A stretch of 55,725 bases of DNA, filler included, from Stramenopiles sp. TOSAG23-2 (Eukaryota), in NCBI GenBank assembly GCA_900128395.1. It is 3 parts of 3 records of this genome, joined end to end, with 100 filler letters (N's around TTAATTAATTAA, not from the genome) between each part and the next. Parts side by side here need not be neighbours in the genome. Positions count along the whole stretch, not along the records: positions 18,736 to 37,325 come from LT649604.1; 2 more parts are not named here. One strand, given 5' to 3'. Each line of letters starts with the position of its first letter. Position 1 is the stretch's first letter. Positions 22,545-32,513 of the stretch are shown piece by piece. Below the pieces are notes generated by a model. That model searched no databases. It was not told the origin of the DNA and was given only the letters and a program-made list of their open reading frames with translations. The translations under genes and the position numbers were made by a program.

Positions 22545-23163
22545 TATTAATATATACTAAAGGCATAGTTTGTTTTGTACAAGTATTCCTGCAAGTATAT
22601 ATTTGTTCTTTAGTAGATATGATTTATATATTTATAACATTTTGAAAGTCACTGAGTGATATGCTTTTTTGAAATTATCATTTAGTACAAAAATAAATTT
22701 TTGTACTATCAAAGTAAAACTATATTTAGAATATCTATTTGTCGTTCTTTGGTTTTGATGCATCGTTAGAAAGAGTTCCAAAAGATAATGTTTTAATTAA
22801 TTCGATGCGTAGAAGCGTGTTTAAAAGCTGATATATTTTGTTTTTCTATTTTAACAGCTTATTTTTTAATTTATAGAAGTATTATTTTATATTTTATGAT
22901 ATGATAAAAAAAATATGAAAAATTTCCCAAAAGAAGACTTATCCCCTAATGGCCAATACTGTTTTACTCTACGAAAAATATATTTACAATTTCGTAATAA
23001 TACATGTAGATTATTATAATTTTGGAATAATATATACTCATATCCTGCACATATGAAAAATGATGAAGATACGTTTTGTAAGTTCGTACCGTGTACGAAT
23101 ATAATTTTTACAATTTGGATCTAAAAATATTTCATACTTCGTATTTTTTATCATTAATTATTT

Positions 23164-24084
23164 TTACACTCTCGCTTTGTTTGTTGGTTTATCTTCAACG
23201 TCCTTCGATGCAGTTCCTGTTACGCGATATATATTTCCAGTAGCAAATATCATTAATTCCATTTTCTTATCTTTAAACATTGTATATACAGCAGTGATAC
23301 TGAATAATAAAATTTGTAGAAAAATGGATCGTTGTGTTGAACGTTGCATAATTGTGTACTTTTCACCTTGTATGGTATAATTGAATAAAACTACTCCTTT
23401 ATTCCAATTTCCAAACGTATTATTATATATATTGTAAATATTTAACAACGTTGATAAGCTTCCAACAAAAATCAAAAATATACGACTTTTCAGTTTTACT
23501 GCGTCCATCAATACAAAAGCATTTGTTGCGAGCATTAATATTAAACCAAAAAGTGGTGATAATGGTGTCCTTGGTCGTGCAATCTCAATAGTCCAATTTA
23601 AAATAGTCAATATAATAATGATTACAACATTCGTTTCTTTTAACAATCGTTGTATACTCACTAATGATACATTTTTATAATACCATATAACAGAACATAT
23701 TATCGTAATGATAGCAAATGTGGCTGTTGCAATTCGTAATCCAATATTTGTTCCACCAGAAAGAATGTGACATAAAACTGCAATCAAACCACACAATCCC
23801 CCCCCACGCTGTCCCCATTTTACACGCCAATCCAGCCAATCATCCATTACAACATCCTTCCCAAGCAATTTCAAACTTTTACGTCGAACCGTGTTGTTGT
23901 GGTAGATTGCTGCCCAAGAGTTTCGACTCGCTTTACGATCTCTCGTTTCAGGTTCTAACTCAACCTCTAACGTAGATCTACTGGTTTCTTTTATCTCATT
24001 CCGCAATTGTTTATTCTCTTCCTTTAGTAATTTGACTTCATTGATAAGTACCTCGTACGCAGCTCTGGTAGGTGGAAATGACAT
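23164..24084 (-). CDS. 306-aa multi-pass membrane protein with short N-terminal coiled coil (cargo of the TIR element)
   Basis: Uninterrupted ORF from the ATG at 24084; coiled coil LINEVKLLKEENKQLRNEI followed by about six hydrophobic helices; no DDE/D motif. Confidence 0.8.
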   Translation of the reverse strand: MSFPPTRAAYEVLINEVKLLKEENKQLRNEIKETSRSTLEVELEPETRDRKASRNSWAAIYHNNTVRRKSLKLLGKDVVMDDWLDWRVKWGQRGGGLCGLIAVLCHILSGGTNIGLRIATATFAIITIICSVIWYYKNVSLVSIQRLLKETNVVIIIILTILNWTIEIARPRTPLSPLFGLILMLATNAFVLMDAVKLKSRIFLIFVGSLSTLLNIYNIYNNTFGNWNKGVVLFNYTIQGEKYTIMQRSTQRSIFLQILLFSITAVYTMFKDKKMELMIFATGNIYRVTGTASKDVEDKPTNKARV

Positions 24085-24202
24085 TTTTATTTGCTTTGAA
24101 TTGTATGAGATAATTTGTAGTTGATCTGTTTGTCTATCGATAATGATTATATGTATCGTTTTATATAAATACTTCACTATTTTACTATATCAGGTGTCTA
24201 AT

Positions 24203-24440
24203 GATATCCCTTCGTTCCATCCAACTACGTTTTTCTAAATACGATGTGATATAAATATAAATATATGTATCTATGTATCTATATATCTATGTATCTATAT
24301 ATATATTTTATATATATTTTATTGATTTTTATGTTATTTTAATGAAAAAAGTAAAAAAATGTAAAAATGCGTGTGCGTGTGCGTGCGTGTGGGGGGGGGC
24401 ACCGCCGGTTTTCGTGGATGATCTTTTTTGCAAGTTACTG
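24203..24440 (-). repeat. Right terminal inverted repeat (238 bp)
   Basis: Reverse complement of 22311-22544. Confidence 0.95.
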
Positions 24441-24697
24441 TAGAAACGTAGTAGAAATTATATGGCCGTATTATTGCAACTATTTCTGTTATTAATATAA
24501 TATAGACATAGCATTGGCGTATTAACGTTGCGTATTAACGTTTGATTAACACACACATAGAACTACGTTATACGCAAAATACACATGTACGAAATTAGCG
24601 TAACGTGCTTATTACATCTCTTAGATTTTTTACATTCTTCTCAAAAGAAGAAAGTAGAAAAGAAATTTACACATCACAACCATCATCACAACAATTA

Positions 24698-24909
24698 CAT
24701 TTTAATATTTGCTCGGATTGATATTGTACAATACAGAAAGAAATGTTAGCGCCAAACTCATCGACCTCCTCTTTAATGAATGGATATGCAACATTTAATA
24801 AGCCATTTTAATATTTGCTCGGATTGATATTGTACAATACAGAAAGAAATGTTAGCGCCAAACTCATCGACCTCCTCTTTAATGAATGGATATGCAACAT
24901 TTAATAAGC
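24698..24909. repeat. 106-bp tandem duplication spanning a start codon
   Basis: Direct repeat starting at 24698 and 24804. Confidence 0.9.
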
Positions 24910-27623
24910 AACAACATAATAATAGAGCTACTTCAGCATCAAGAAGTTTCAGCCCAATGGGATCAAGAGGTAGAAATAACAACAATAGGTCCTCTTCTCA
25001 CCAGCCTTTAAAAGGATCCATGGGATACAGTCGGATGAATGTTGGTAATAATAATTCAGGTTTACCACCAATGAGTGCTAATAATAGTAACCAGCCACAT
25101 ACGGACAATGATCAACAAAGGTTTGCTGCCTCACATAATCCAATGTCATATTATTCAAATGATTATACAGATTCTAGCCGTCATAATAATGCATTAAAAA
25201 AACAGAATATGTTTAAACGAACTACATCAGCACCAACACATGGCATCAAATCTTCAACTCGAGGTGGAATTATTCAATTGAATGGCAACCATAAAGGCAG
25301 CAAAAGAAACAATAAACGAAGCCAAAGCAATTATGGTAGGCAACGTAGCGCAAATAATGGTAAAAGTTTATTATTTGCGAATGGTGCTCATATGACTGGC
25401 AAACAACAACAAGCTAAAAGAAATGGCAATAACAATAGCATCAAGCAACAATATCCACAATTTCGTACAGCAAATCCAAATAATTATGGCAACGTAGCAA
25501 ACGGTAATTCAGCATCTGCATCAGCTCTACTTGCTAATTACTCGTCTGTTTCTGATATCAATAATTCAAATTCAAACTCCGTATCAACTTCTGGTAGACC
25601 ACCATCCGCATCCATTTTACATGATAAGAAAAAAATGAATAATAATGGTATGATTGGCGGAATGTCATTTGAGGAAAGGCAGCGGGTAAACAACCGGAGG
25701 CCAAATACAGCACCTACCGCACCATCACCAACAAAAGATGAAAACAAAGATCTAAAAAGGGAAAACGCTAGATTACACCAAGAAATGGCATCGATGCGTG
25801 ATTCGTTTTTTCGCAAAATGCGTGGTGGTAAACGTTTTGTTAGTGGTGGTGGCTTTCGCACTGGTGGATTTCCGCAACACGAGCAAAAAAGCGATAGGAA
25901 GAAAAATGACAATGAAAAAAATTTAAAAAGTACGATAAGAGCATTGCATGCGGAGAGGAAACGTTTGGAGGAAGAATTATCAAATGCAAAATTACAAATA
26001 AGGCGTTTAAATGAACAAGTTCGTATATGTCAAGCGAATGTTAAAAACTCAGATGGCGAAGTGAAACGTTTACTTGAGATATTGAAATTGAAAGAAAATG
26101 ATATTGAAAACTTTAAACAAAACTTAGATGAAATTCGTGAACAAGCAATTGCTTTTGAAAAACAATGTAAACAACAATCAGATGAAATTTATCAATTGAA
26201 AGAAGCATTAAAAGCCATGGAAAATGGCCAACCATCGCCAATTAAAATTAAAGAAGTTGTTCCTGATCCTGAAACTTTAAATAAATTAGCAGCTGCGGAA
26301 GAAGAATTAGCATCGCTTAAAAAACAATTAAACGACTTTTCAACAAAGCAAGAAGAATTAAAAAAAGATTTGGCAAATGAAAAAAAGATTAGTGAAAGAA
26401 AAGACAAAAAGCTTGATGATCTTAGCAAAATAAAAAAAGTGCTGGAAAAGCAAGCAAAAGAAATGTATAAAACAATTGAAACACAAAAAACGGTAGTAGC
26501 AGAGAAAGAGATTCAAGTGATTGAATTAACTCGTTGGAAAACAGAACATATTACTATCGTGGAACAAAAAGACAATGAAATTGGAAAACTAAAGAAAGAT
26601 TTGAAAGAATTGCAAAAGGAATTTGATTTACATAAGGAACAAAGTCGTGGTGCACATGGATCAATGCAACAAGCTTTAGAAGAAGAAATTGATCGCTTGA
26701 AAAAACAACATGCAGATTTATCGATGATGTTGGAAAAAGAAAAAGCGGAACGGGTAAAAGCACATGATGGAAAAGTCATGGCAGAAGGTAGATGTAAAGG
26801 TTTTAGAAAAGAATTAGAAGCTGAAAAGGAAGCACATAATAATACCAAGGTAGAGTTGGCAGCTGCGAATGAAGAGATTGATCGCTTACGTGCCGAGTTA
26901 AATGCATTACAAAAACAATTAAACCAATTGAAAAATCAATTAAATAGTAATGATTCGAAAAACAAGGATTGGGTAATGAAAATGGAAAAATATAAAGAGC
27001 TAATACAAAAAATGAAAGATGAAATATCTGACTCAAATCGCAAGCTCAGAAATGCAGAAAGTGCTCTTAGCCGCGAAAAAGTACAACATGATGCAACAAA
27101 ACGTGATTTAAAAGAAACAATTGATGAGAAGAAGCAATTACTAAGCCAAATTGAGGAGTTGAAGCAACAATTAAATGATGCCAATAGAGCATTAAGTGGT
27201 ATGGAGGAAGCAATTAAAAATGCAAGGCGCGAAGCAAAGAAAGAAGCCATGGAAAAAACATTGCAAAGTATGGTTCGATTATGTGTTGTTGCACCAACTG
27301 TTAATGTTCATTTCAATCAACAACAGACTTCATGTAAAGCTCCGATGCCATCAAATCGTATTAAATCTATCATTCAAAACGAAGTCTTACCAAATTTTAC
27401 GTCATTATTTTTACAAATGGAAGAAGGTGTTGCACAAAATGGTAGCAGATTAGACAAATGGCTGGAGGAAATGTTGGCAGAAATGCAAACTAGTATTCAA
27501 GCGCATTTACACGATGTTTTTTCAGGTGATTCAGGTAATATTAATGGTACTACTAGTAATACTCCAAGCCGACCATCGTCTCGTCAGTCTCGCAGCCGGC
27601 CTTCAAGTCGTAGCGGGTACTAA
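24849..27623 (+). CDS. Long coiled-coil protein with N/S-rich disordered N-terminus
   Basis: 924-aa ORF; about 500 aa of E/K/L heptads; small globular-looking C-terminal segment (VRLCVVAPTVNVHF). Confidence 0.8.
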   Translation: MLAPNSSTSSLMNGYATFNKQQHNNRATSASRSFSPMGSRGRNNNNRSSSHQPLKGSMGYSRMNVGNNNSGLPPMSANNSNQPHTDNDQQRFAASHNPMSYYSNDYTDSSRHNNALKKQNMFKRTTSAPTHGIKSSTRGGIIQLNGNHKGSKRNNKRSQSNYGRQRSANNGKSLLFANGAHMTGKQQQAKRNGNNNSIKQQYPQFRTANPNNYGNVANGNSASASALLANYSSVSDINNSNSNSVSTSGRPPSASILHDKKKMNNNGMIGGMSFEERQRVNNRRPNTAPTAPSPTKDENKDLKRENARLHQEMASMRDSFFRKMRGGKRFVSGGGFRTGGFPQHEQKSDRKKNDNEKNLKSTIRALHAERKRLEEELSNAKLQIRRLNEQVRICQANVKNSDGEVKRLLEILKLKENDIENFKQNLDEIREQAIAFEKQCKQQSDEIYQLKEALKAMENGQPSPIKIKEVVPDPETLNKLAAAEEELASLKKQLNDFSTKQEELKKDLANEKKISERKDKKLDDLSKIKKVLEKQAKEMYKTIETQKTVVAEKEIQVIELTRWKTEHITIVEQKDNEIGKLKKDLKELQKEFDLHKEQSRGAHGSMQQALEEEIDRLKKQHADLSMMLEKEKAERVKAHDGKVMAEGRCKGFRKELEAEKEAHNNTKVELAAANEEIDRLRAELNALQKQLNQLKNQLNSNDSKNKDWVMKMEKYKELIQKMKDEISDSNRKLRNAESALSREKVQHDATKRDLKETIDEKKQLLSQIEELKQQLNDANRALSGMEEAIKNARREAKKEAMEKTLQSMVRLCVVAPTVNVHFNQQQTSCKAPMPSNRIKSIIQNEVLPNFTSLFLQMEEGVAQNGSRLDKWLEEMLAEMQTSIQAHLHDVFSGDSGNINGTTSNTPSRPSSRQSRSRPSSRSGY

Positions 27624-27937
27624 ATAACACGCATCGATGCGGTTTTGGTTTTTATAAATAATATAATTAAATTTACGTTTTTATAAAAATATATAATGAT
27701 TTTTATTTTATAAAATATTTATAAATACGCATAAAATATATATTTTAATATACGTGTAAAAAATTACGAGTATTATCATATACTCGTATAACTTAGCCCA
27801 GGTTAGATTTTAACCACATCAATTATTTTTATTTTAAAAAAAATATAAAAAATAAATAAAAAAAAATTATTATGATACAACTTGTGAGATATCACATAGA
27901 TATATATACAAATGATACCTTTCTTTACTTTTCTCTT

Positions 27938-30900
27938 TCAAATATATCTTGTTATGCCTTTCATACTTTGAGCTAAAATGCTACCATCTGTATCTGCTGG
28001 CTTCACACTCTTTGCTTGGTCAAGGCGATTCGATATACTATGTGACTCTATTTGATGCAAAGCAATTTGCCGTTTTAATGCAAGAATTTGCATCTTTTGC
28101 TCATCTTGTTCATGCAGTTTATCCCTAACTTTAGCAAATTGTTCATCAATATTTTTAATTTTTTTATGCATTTGAATTCTCAATTTAGCTACCTGTTTTT
28201 GATTGTTTTTGATTCGTAGTTTAGCTGCATGAACCTCACTAGTTGTATATTTGATTTGATTGAACACATGCGTACGCTTCCATTTTTCAAAACCACGTTT
28301 CATCAAGTAGCGATATTTAGAGGCTGATCTACACATTGAATATACACGTTTTGACAACTGATTTTCATATTCCTTTTTAATATCACGTGCATTTATACTG
28401 ATCATAGTAGTATTTGATTTCCACTTCTGGAAAAGAAGATATACATTATCTACACCATTAAATTTATTGATGATTTTATTCAAATTTTCTAAGCGTTGCA
28501 TGGTAATTTGCTTCAATAGATGCTCATCCTTGTCAATATTTTTGTGGTAATGAACATCTTGTTGACCAAAATATACTTGCCTTCGTTTTTCCTGGTCTTC
28601 TAACGATGAGTTTAACTTTCTTTCCAGTCTCTCCTTAGAATATAGACGAAGGTAGTAAAATTGTGATGTCGCAATTTTACTCCATAAGAAAAATGCTCGT
28701 TTCAAGTTGATTCTATTCATTTTTCTCATAATTTTAATCATTTTCCATTGAAACGGGTATTTGTTCACATCGTTGCTTCCCTCATTATCTTTCCCTTCTC
28801 TAGCTTTGTCGGAATTAACATGGTTATCTGTAATTTGTGAATCATATTCATTTGCAGTTATTTCGTGGCTTCTTTTTGTCCTAGCATCATGCCATTGTAG
28901 TAAATCTTTTCCACTTTCAATTAATCCACGCTCCATTTTCCTGTACATATAATTTTCTATAGCAGGCTTTTCACATTCACTTAATATTTGATAGAAAAGT
29001 AATCTAGCTTGAAAATTCAAAGCGTTTCTCTCCTGGGTATTGCGAAAGGCCTCGTCTCTTTCAAAAGTATCATATAGGCTTTCTTTCGTTTTCCGTCGTC
29101 CTAGGTATGCACCATGCCAACGTCTTGGTGTCGTTCCTGTTTGTTTTGTCCATGCATAAATGTTGCTTTTATTATAATCATGGCGTAACGGAGGAAATTT
29201 CTGTTGAAATTCATTGGTCAAAATTGGGGGCGAAAACGCTAGTAATTTTGGCAGGCTAGTACATACAGTGCTTCGCAGCAACAGCAATTTTTTTTTCGAA
29301 TCGTATTTTTTCAAAAAAGGATTATCATGCCACATTAAATTTTGCAGCTTTGGCGTTCTGTTACGTAAAATTGAACATGCAGACAGAACTTGCTCGATTT
29401 CCCAAGTAAACTTATTACCAGATAAATCAAGTGTTTCAAGAATTTTAAATTCTATATTTGGGTTTGAATAAAAATTCATGGCTGCATCGAGACTGCCAGA
29501 AAGTTTGTTATTAGATACATCCAATACTCGTAGATTTGCGCAATAAAGTAATGGGAGTTTCTTAAGTCTATTAAATGACAAATCCAAATACATCAATGTT
29601 GTATTAAATATTGTTGACATTTGTACCATCAAATTTTTCGATAAACGTAAAATTTTTAATGACGATAAATGAGATAATGTTAAATATTTTGCTTTTTTTC
29701 TCAATGCAACATTGTTTTGGAAATCTTCACTAGTACCTTCAATTTTCATCGGAAAACATTCTATTTTATGACCACGTAAATCGATTTCTTCAACAGTTTG
29801 TAAATTTTTAATATGATTTGAGTAAGTTCGCGATTCTTCGGGTGTTGCAACAAGTGCCTTGGCGTTATGTAAAAATTGTTTTGATTGCCAATATGACGCA
29901 ACTTTACGAACATCTAATCTAATTAAAGCCGATGGTAAGCGTACAACGCGGTAGCCTTTGTAATTTTTTTTAAACTTTCTTTCATCAATGGTTTCATAAA
30001 ATAAAGGAACTGTTAATTCTTCTGTTTCTTGTTCTTGTTCGTCCTCATTATTTCTAATAGATTCAACAATACACTCATCAACAACATCTAAATATCCTTC
30101 CATACTAGCTTTCAATAGCTTTTTCTGTTTCAAATCTAAAAGAATTTCGCTTAAATTTTGTTTTTGTACATACACTTCGAGTGGCACAGTGACCGATGTC
30201 TTATTTGCACCCAGCTGCTTCATTAAATATGCTTCATAACACTCAGCAGCCATACCCCTCAACCATTCTAAAGACTTTAACCGGCCATAGGATTTTAGCT
30301 TTTCTTGGTAATTTTCAATTAATTGATTTTGCTTCTCCTTTGCTATGCCTGAATATTCTGGATCATATAATTTATAGGTTTTTCTTAAAATTTCTTTGTA
30401 ATTATTAATCGCATAGTCATAATATGTTGTAGCAACATCTTGGCTGTCTAAATTTAATATGTCTATGGTAGACTTGTTTGCCATTTTTTCATTATATTTT
30501 TTCCACAAAAATCCATTTAAGCAAAAATCTATTAAAACGGACAAAGGGTGGTTTATAACAAGTTTATTTGAACGTATCATCGCTGTCCCGTTTCTATTTG
30601 CGCGAACACCTTGCCTATCGCTAAATTCATAGACGGAATGTTTATGATAAACGCCAATACGGTTCCGTCCATTGAATACATTAAAGTTTCTCATATGACT
30701 TCGTATTTGGGCAGTTATTTTATCTGTAAGTCTCCAATGACCTTTTGTAAAGTTAAATTCACCACCACCCTGTGTTTCAAATCCAGGTTTGACAAGACTT
30801 GCATTGCCAATTTTCATATCCTCGGTAATGCTCTTCTTATCAGAAAACCATTCCATTTCTTCAGGCTTTAATGTTGAATTTAAAGTTTCCATTGATAAGT

Positions 30901-31858
30901 TTGTTGGCACGAGTTGGTAGAAATATCTACCGGGATATTTTCTTCTATGAGACTCTGCCGTATCAATTACTGCATGTTTGATTGTATCTGGAAATCCTTC
31001 TATCTTTCCTTTGCCATCTAAAACTAAAATAAGAAAATCGGCACCAAGTCTTGTTTCCCATGAGTACTTTGCTTTATCTGCTGAATAAATATATTTAATG
31101 TCTTCATTACTAGGATTGTTATGCTGTGACATGACTACTTCAATGAGCATATTGCCTTTGGCAAAATATGTAATGCCATCTAAATTAGCAATTTCTACCC
31201 ATTTGTTCTGTTTCATTTTTCGCAAGCCTTTCACGACTCTTGCATATGCGACTGCCATAGTTTCCTTGAAAGGAAGAAGTTTCGATTGTTCATCTTCTTC
31301 TATTTCTTCTTTTGAACATGGATGAAATAATATACGAAACACATAATTGTAATTTCTTGGCAATCGCCAACTTTTCTGATTATTATGATCCAGTTGTATG
31401 ACGCTTGATAATTCGTCCCGTTTTGAGCTTAATTTGGAATTAATGCTATTAAACGTATCTCGGGCATTTACTAGAAACTTGTTTTCCTCACTAGCAGCTG
31501 TCTCTTTATTTTTTAACAGTTTTAACACGTCACTCATTTTCCTTGTATACAATAATAGTCTTTCAGGTAACATTTCAATAGATGTGACCGGAACCTCCTT
31601 TTGAATGTATTTCTTTGAATGATCTGCGGAACTATTATTTATATCTTTAACAATTTCTTTTAATGAAAAATCTTCATTATCCATTTTGCTACAATCTATT
31701 AGGCAACAAGTTTCATTTTGTTCATCAACTTTGTATATAATACCTATCTTTTCATTTAGTTGTTGTTCACTTTTGTTGTTTTTATTCGTAGCATTATTAT
31801 TGTCTGGTGTATTTAGTAACACAACTCGTCCAAGGTGTAAATCCTTGACCTTTAACAT
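27938..31858 (-). CDS. Large leucine-rich-repeat protein with C-terminal coiled coil
   Basis: 1306-aa ORF; LRRs LKILRLSKN, LMYLDLSFNRL, LRVLDVSNNKL, LETLDLSGNKF, with cap LQNLMWHDNPF. Confidence 0.8.
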   Translation of the reverse strand: MLKVKDLHLGRVVLLNTPDNNNATNKNNKSEQQLNEKIGIIYKVDEQNETCCLIDCSKMDNEDFSLKEIVKDINNSSADHSKKYIQKEVPVTSIEMLPERLLLYTRKMSDVLKLLKNKETAASEENKFLVNARDTFNSINSKLSSKRDELSSVIQLDHNNQKSWRLPRNYNYVFRILFHPCSKEEIEEDEQSKLLPFKETMAVAYARVVKGLRKMKQNKWVEIANLDGITYFAKGNMLIEVVMSQHNNPSNEDIKYIYSADKAKYSWETRLGADFLILVLDGKGKIEGFPDTIKHAVIDTAESHRRKYPGRYFYQLVPTNLSMETLNSTLKPEEMEWFSDKKSITEDMKIGNASLVKPGFETQGGGEFNFTKGHWRLTDKITAQIRSHMRNFNVFNGRNRIGVYHKHSVYEFSDRQGVRANRNGTAMIRSNKLVINHPLSVLIDFCLNGFLWKKYNEKMANKSTIDILNLDSQDVATTYYDYAINNYKEILRKTYKLYDPEYSGIAKEKQNQLIENYQEKLKSYGRLKSLEWLRGMAAECYEAYLMKQLGANKTSVTVPLEVYVQKQNLSEILLDLKQKKLLKASMEGYLDVVDECIVESIRNNEDEQEQETEELTVPLFYETIDERKFKKNYKGYRVVRLPSALIRLDVRKVASYWQSKQFLHNAKALVATPEESRTYSNHIKNLQTVEEIDLRGHKIECFPMKIEGTSEDFQNNVALRKKAKYLTLSHLSSLKILRLSKNLMVQMSTIFNTTLMYLDLSFNRLKKLPLLYCANLRVLDVSNNKLSGSLDAAMNFYSNPNIEFKILETLDLSGNKFTWEIEQVLSACSILRNRTPKLQNLMWHDNPFLKKYDSKKKLLLLRSTVCTSLPKLLAFSPPILTNEFQQKFPPLRHDYNKSNIYAWTKQTGTTPRRWHGAYLGRRKTKESLYDTFERDEAFRNTQERNALNFQARLLFYQILSECEKPAIENYMYRKMERGLIESGKDLLQWHDARTKRSHEITANEYDSQITDNHVNSDKAREGKDNEGSNDVNKYPFQWKMIKIMRKMNRINLKRAFFLWSKIATSQFYYLRLYSKERLERKLNSSLEDQEKRRQVYFGQQDVHYHKNIDKDEHLLKQITMQRLENLNKIINKFNGVDNVYLLFQKWKSNTTMISINARDIKKEYENQLSKRVYSMCRSASKYRYLMKRGFEKWKRTHVFNQIKYTTSEVHAAKLRIKNNQKQVAKLRIQMHKKIKNIDEQFAKVRDKLHEQDEQKMQILALKRQIALHQIESHSISNRLDQAKSVKPADTDGSILAQSMKGITRYI

Positions 31859-32513
31859 GGTAGGGCTTTATATACGTCGTTTCACACTGTATATTGGTAA
31901 GTTATTCATTACAGTTGGCTTCATAAATTGTATATTTTAGTATATATATATATTTCATATGTTTTATTATTATATTCTATTATATTCCATCCTGGTATTA
32001 TTATATAATAATAATATCATTATTACAGCTTAAGCTACAGTATATATTATTTCAACTGTGACATCTTCTAATTCTTATTATTTTTTTGTATTTTAGTATT
32101 TTTAATAGTAAGCTGTGTTGTTTTCCTCAAAACTAAAACACAAAAAAAAAAAACACTGTCCTGCGTGGTGCTATGGCTATGGTATAATATCTACCTTGTG
32201 TTGTGTGGTGGCGGCGAAACACCATCAACTCTGTAAAAGACTTTAACTTCGCAGCCGCCTATTATTCTAATTATACCTGGTATCGTGAAATTTGAATTTT
32301 GATGTGCACTCCAGGCACTGTGGCGGCGGGCCCGCGGGCTGGTGATGCATGTTAATGTGACCAGCAATTATTGCCAATATATTAAATAATATAACCATAA
32401 ATTAATATATATCCCTAGATATTAACTGTACAGCAAGAAAAACATATTATGTACACGCAAATACACCATTTTTAACCGGTGTAACAAAACAATAACATTT
32501 TTGCCAAAAGAAA

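Larger units (their letters stand above)
22311..24440. mobile_element. Non-autonomous TIR DNA transposon with Tc1/mariner-type ends, carrying a cargo gene
   Basis: Near-perfect ~235-bp inverted repeats; termini CAGTAACTTGC...GCAAGTTACTG; TA on both flanks (22309-22310, 24441-24442); no transposase ORF. Confidence 0.8.

Noticed and set aside
22545-23163. Possible transposase remnant inside the TIR element
   Set aside because: Only short frames, with no HTH or DDE/D-like residues recognisable by eye; a translated HMM search would be needed to exclude it fully.
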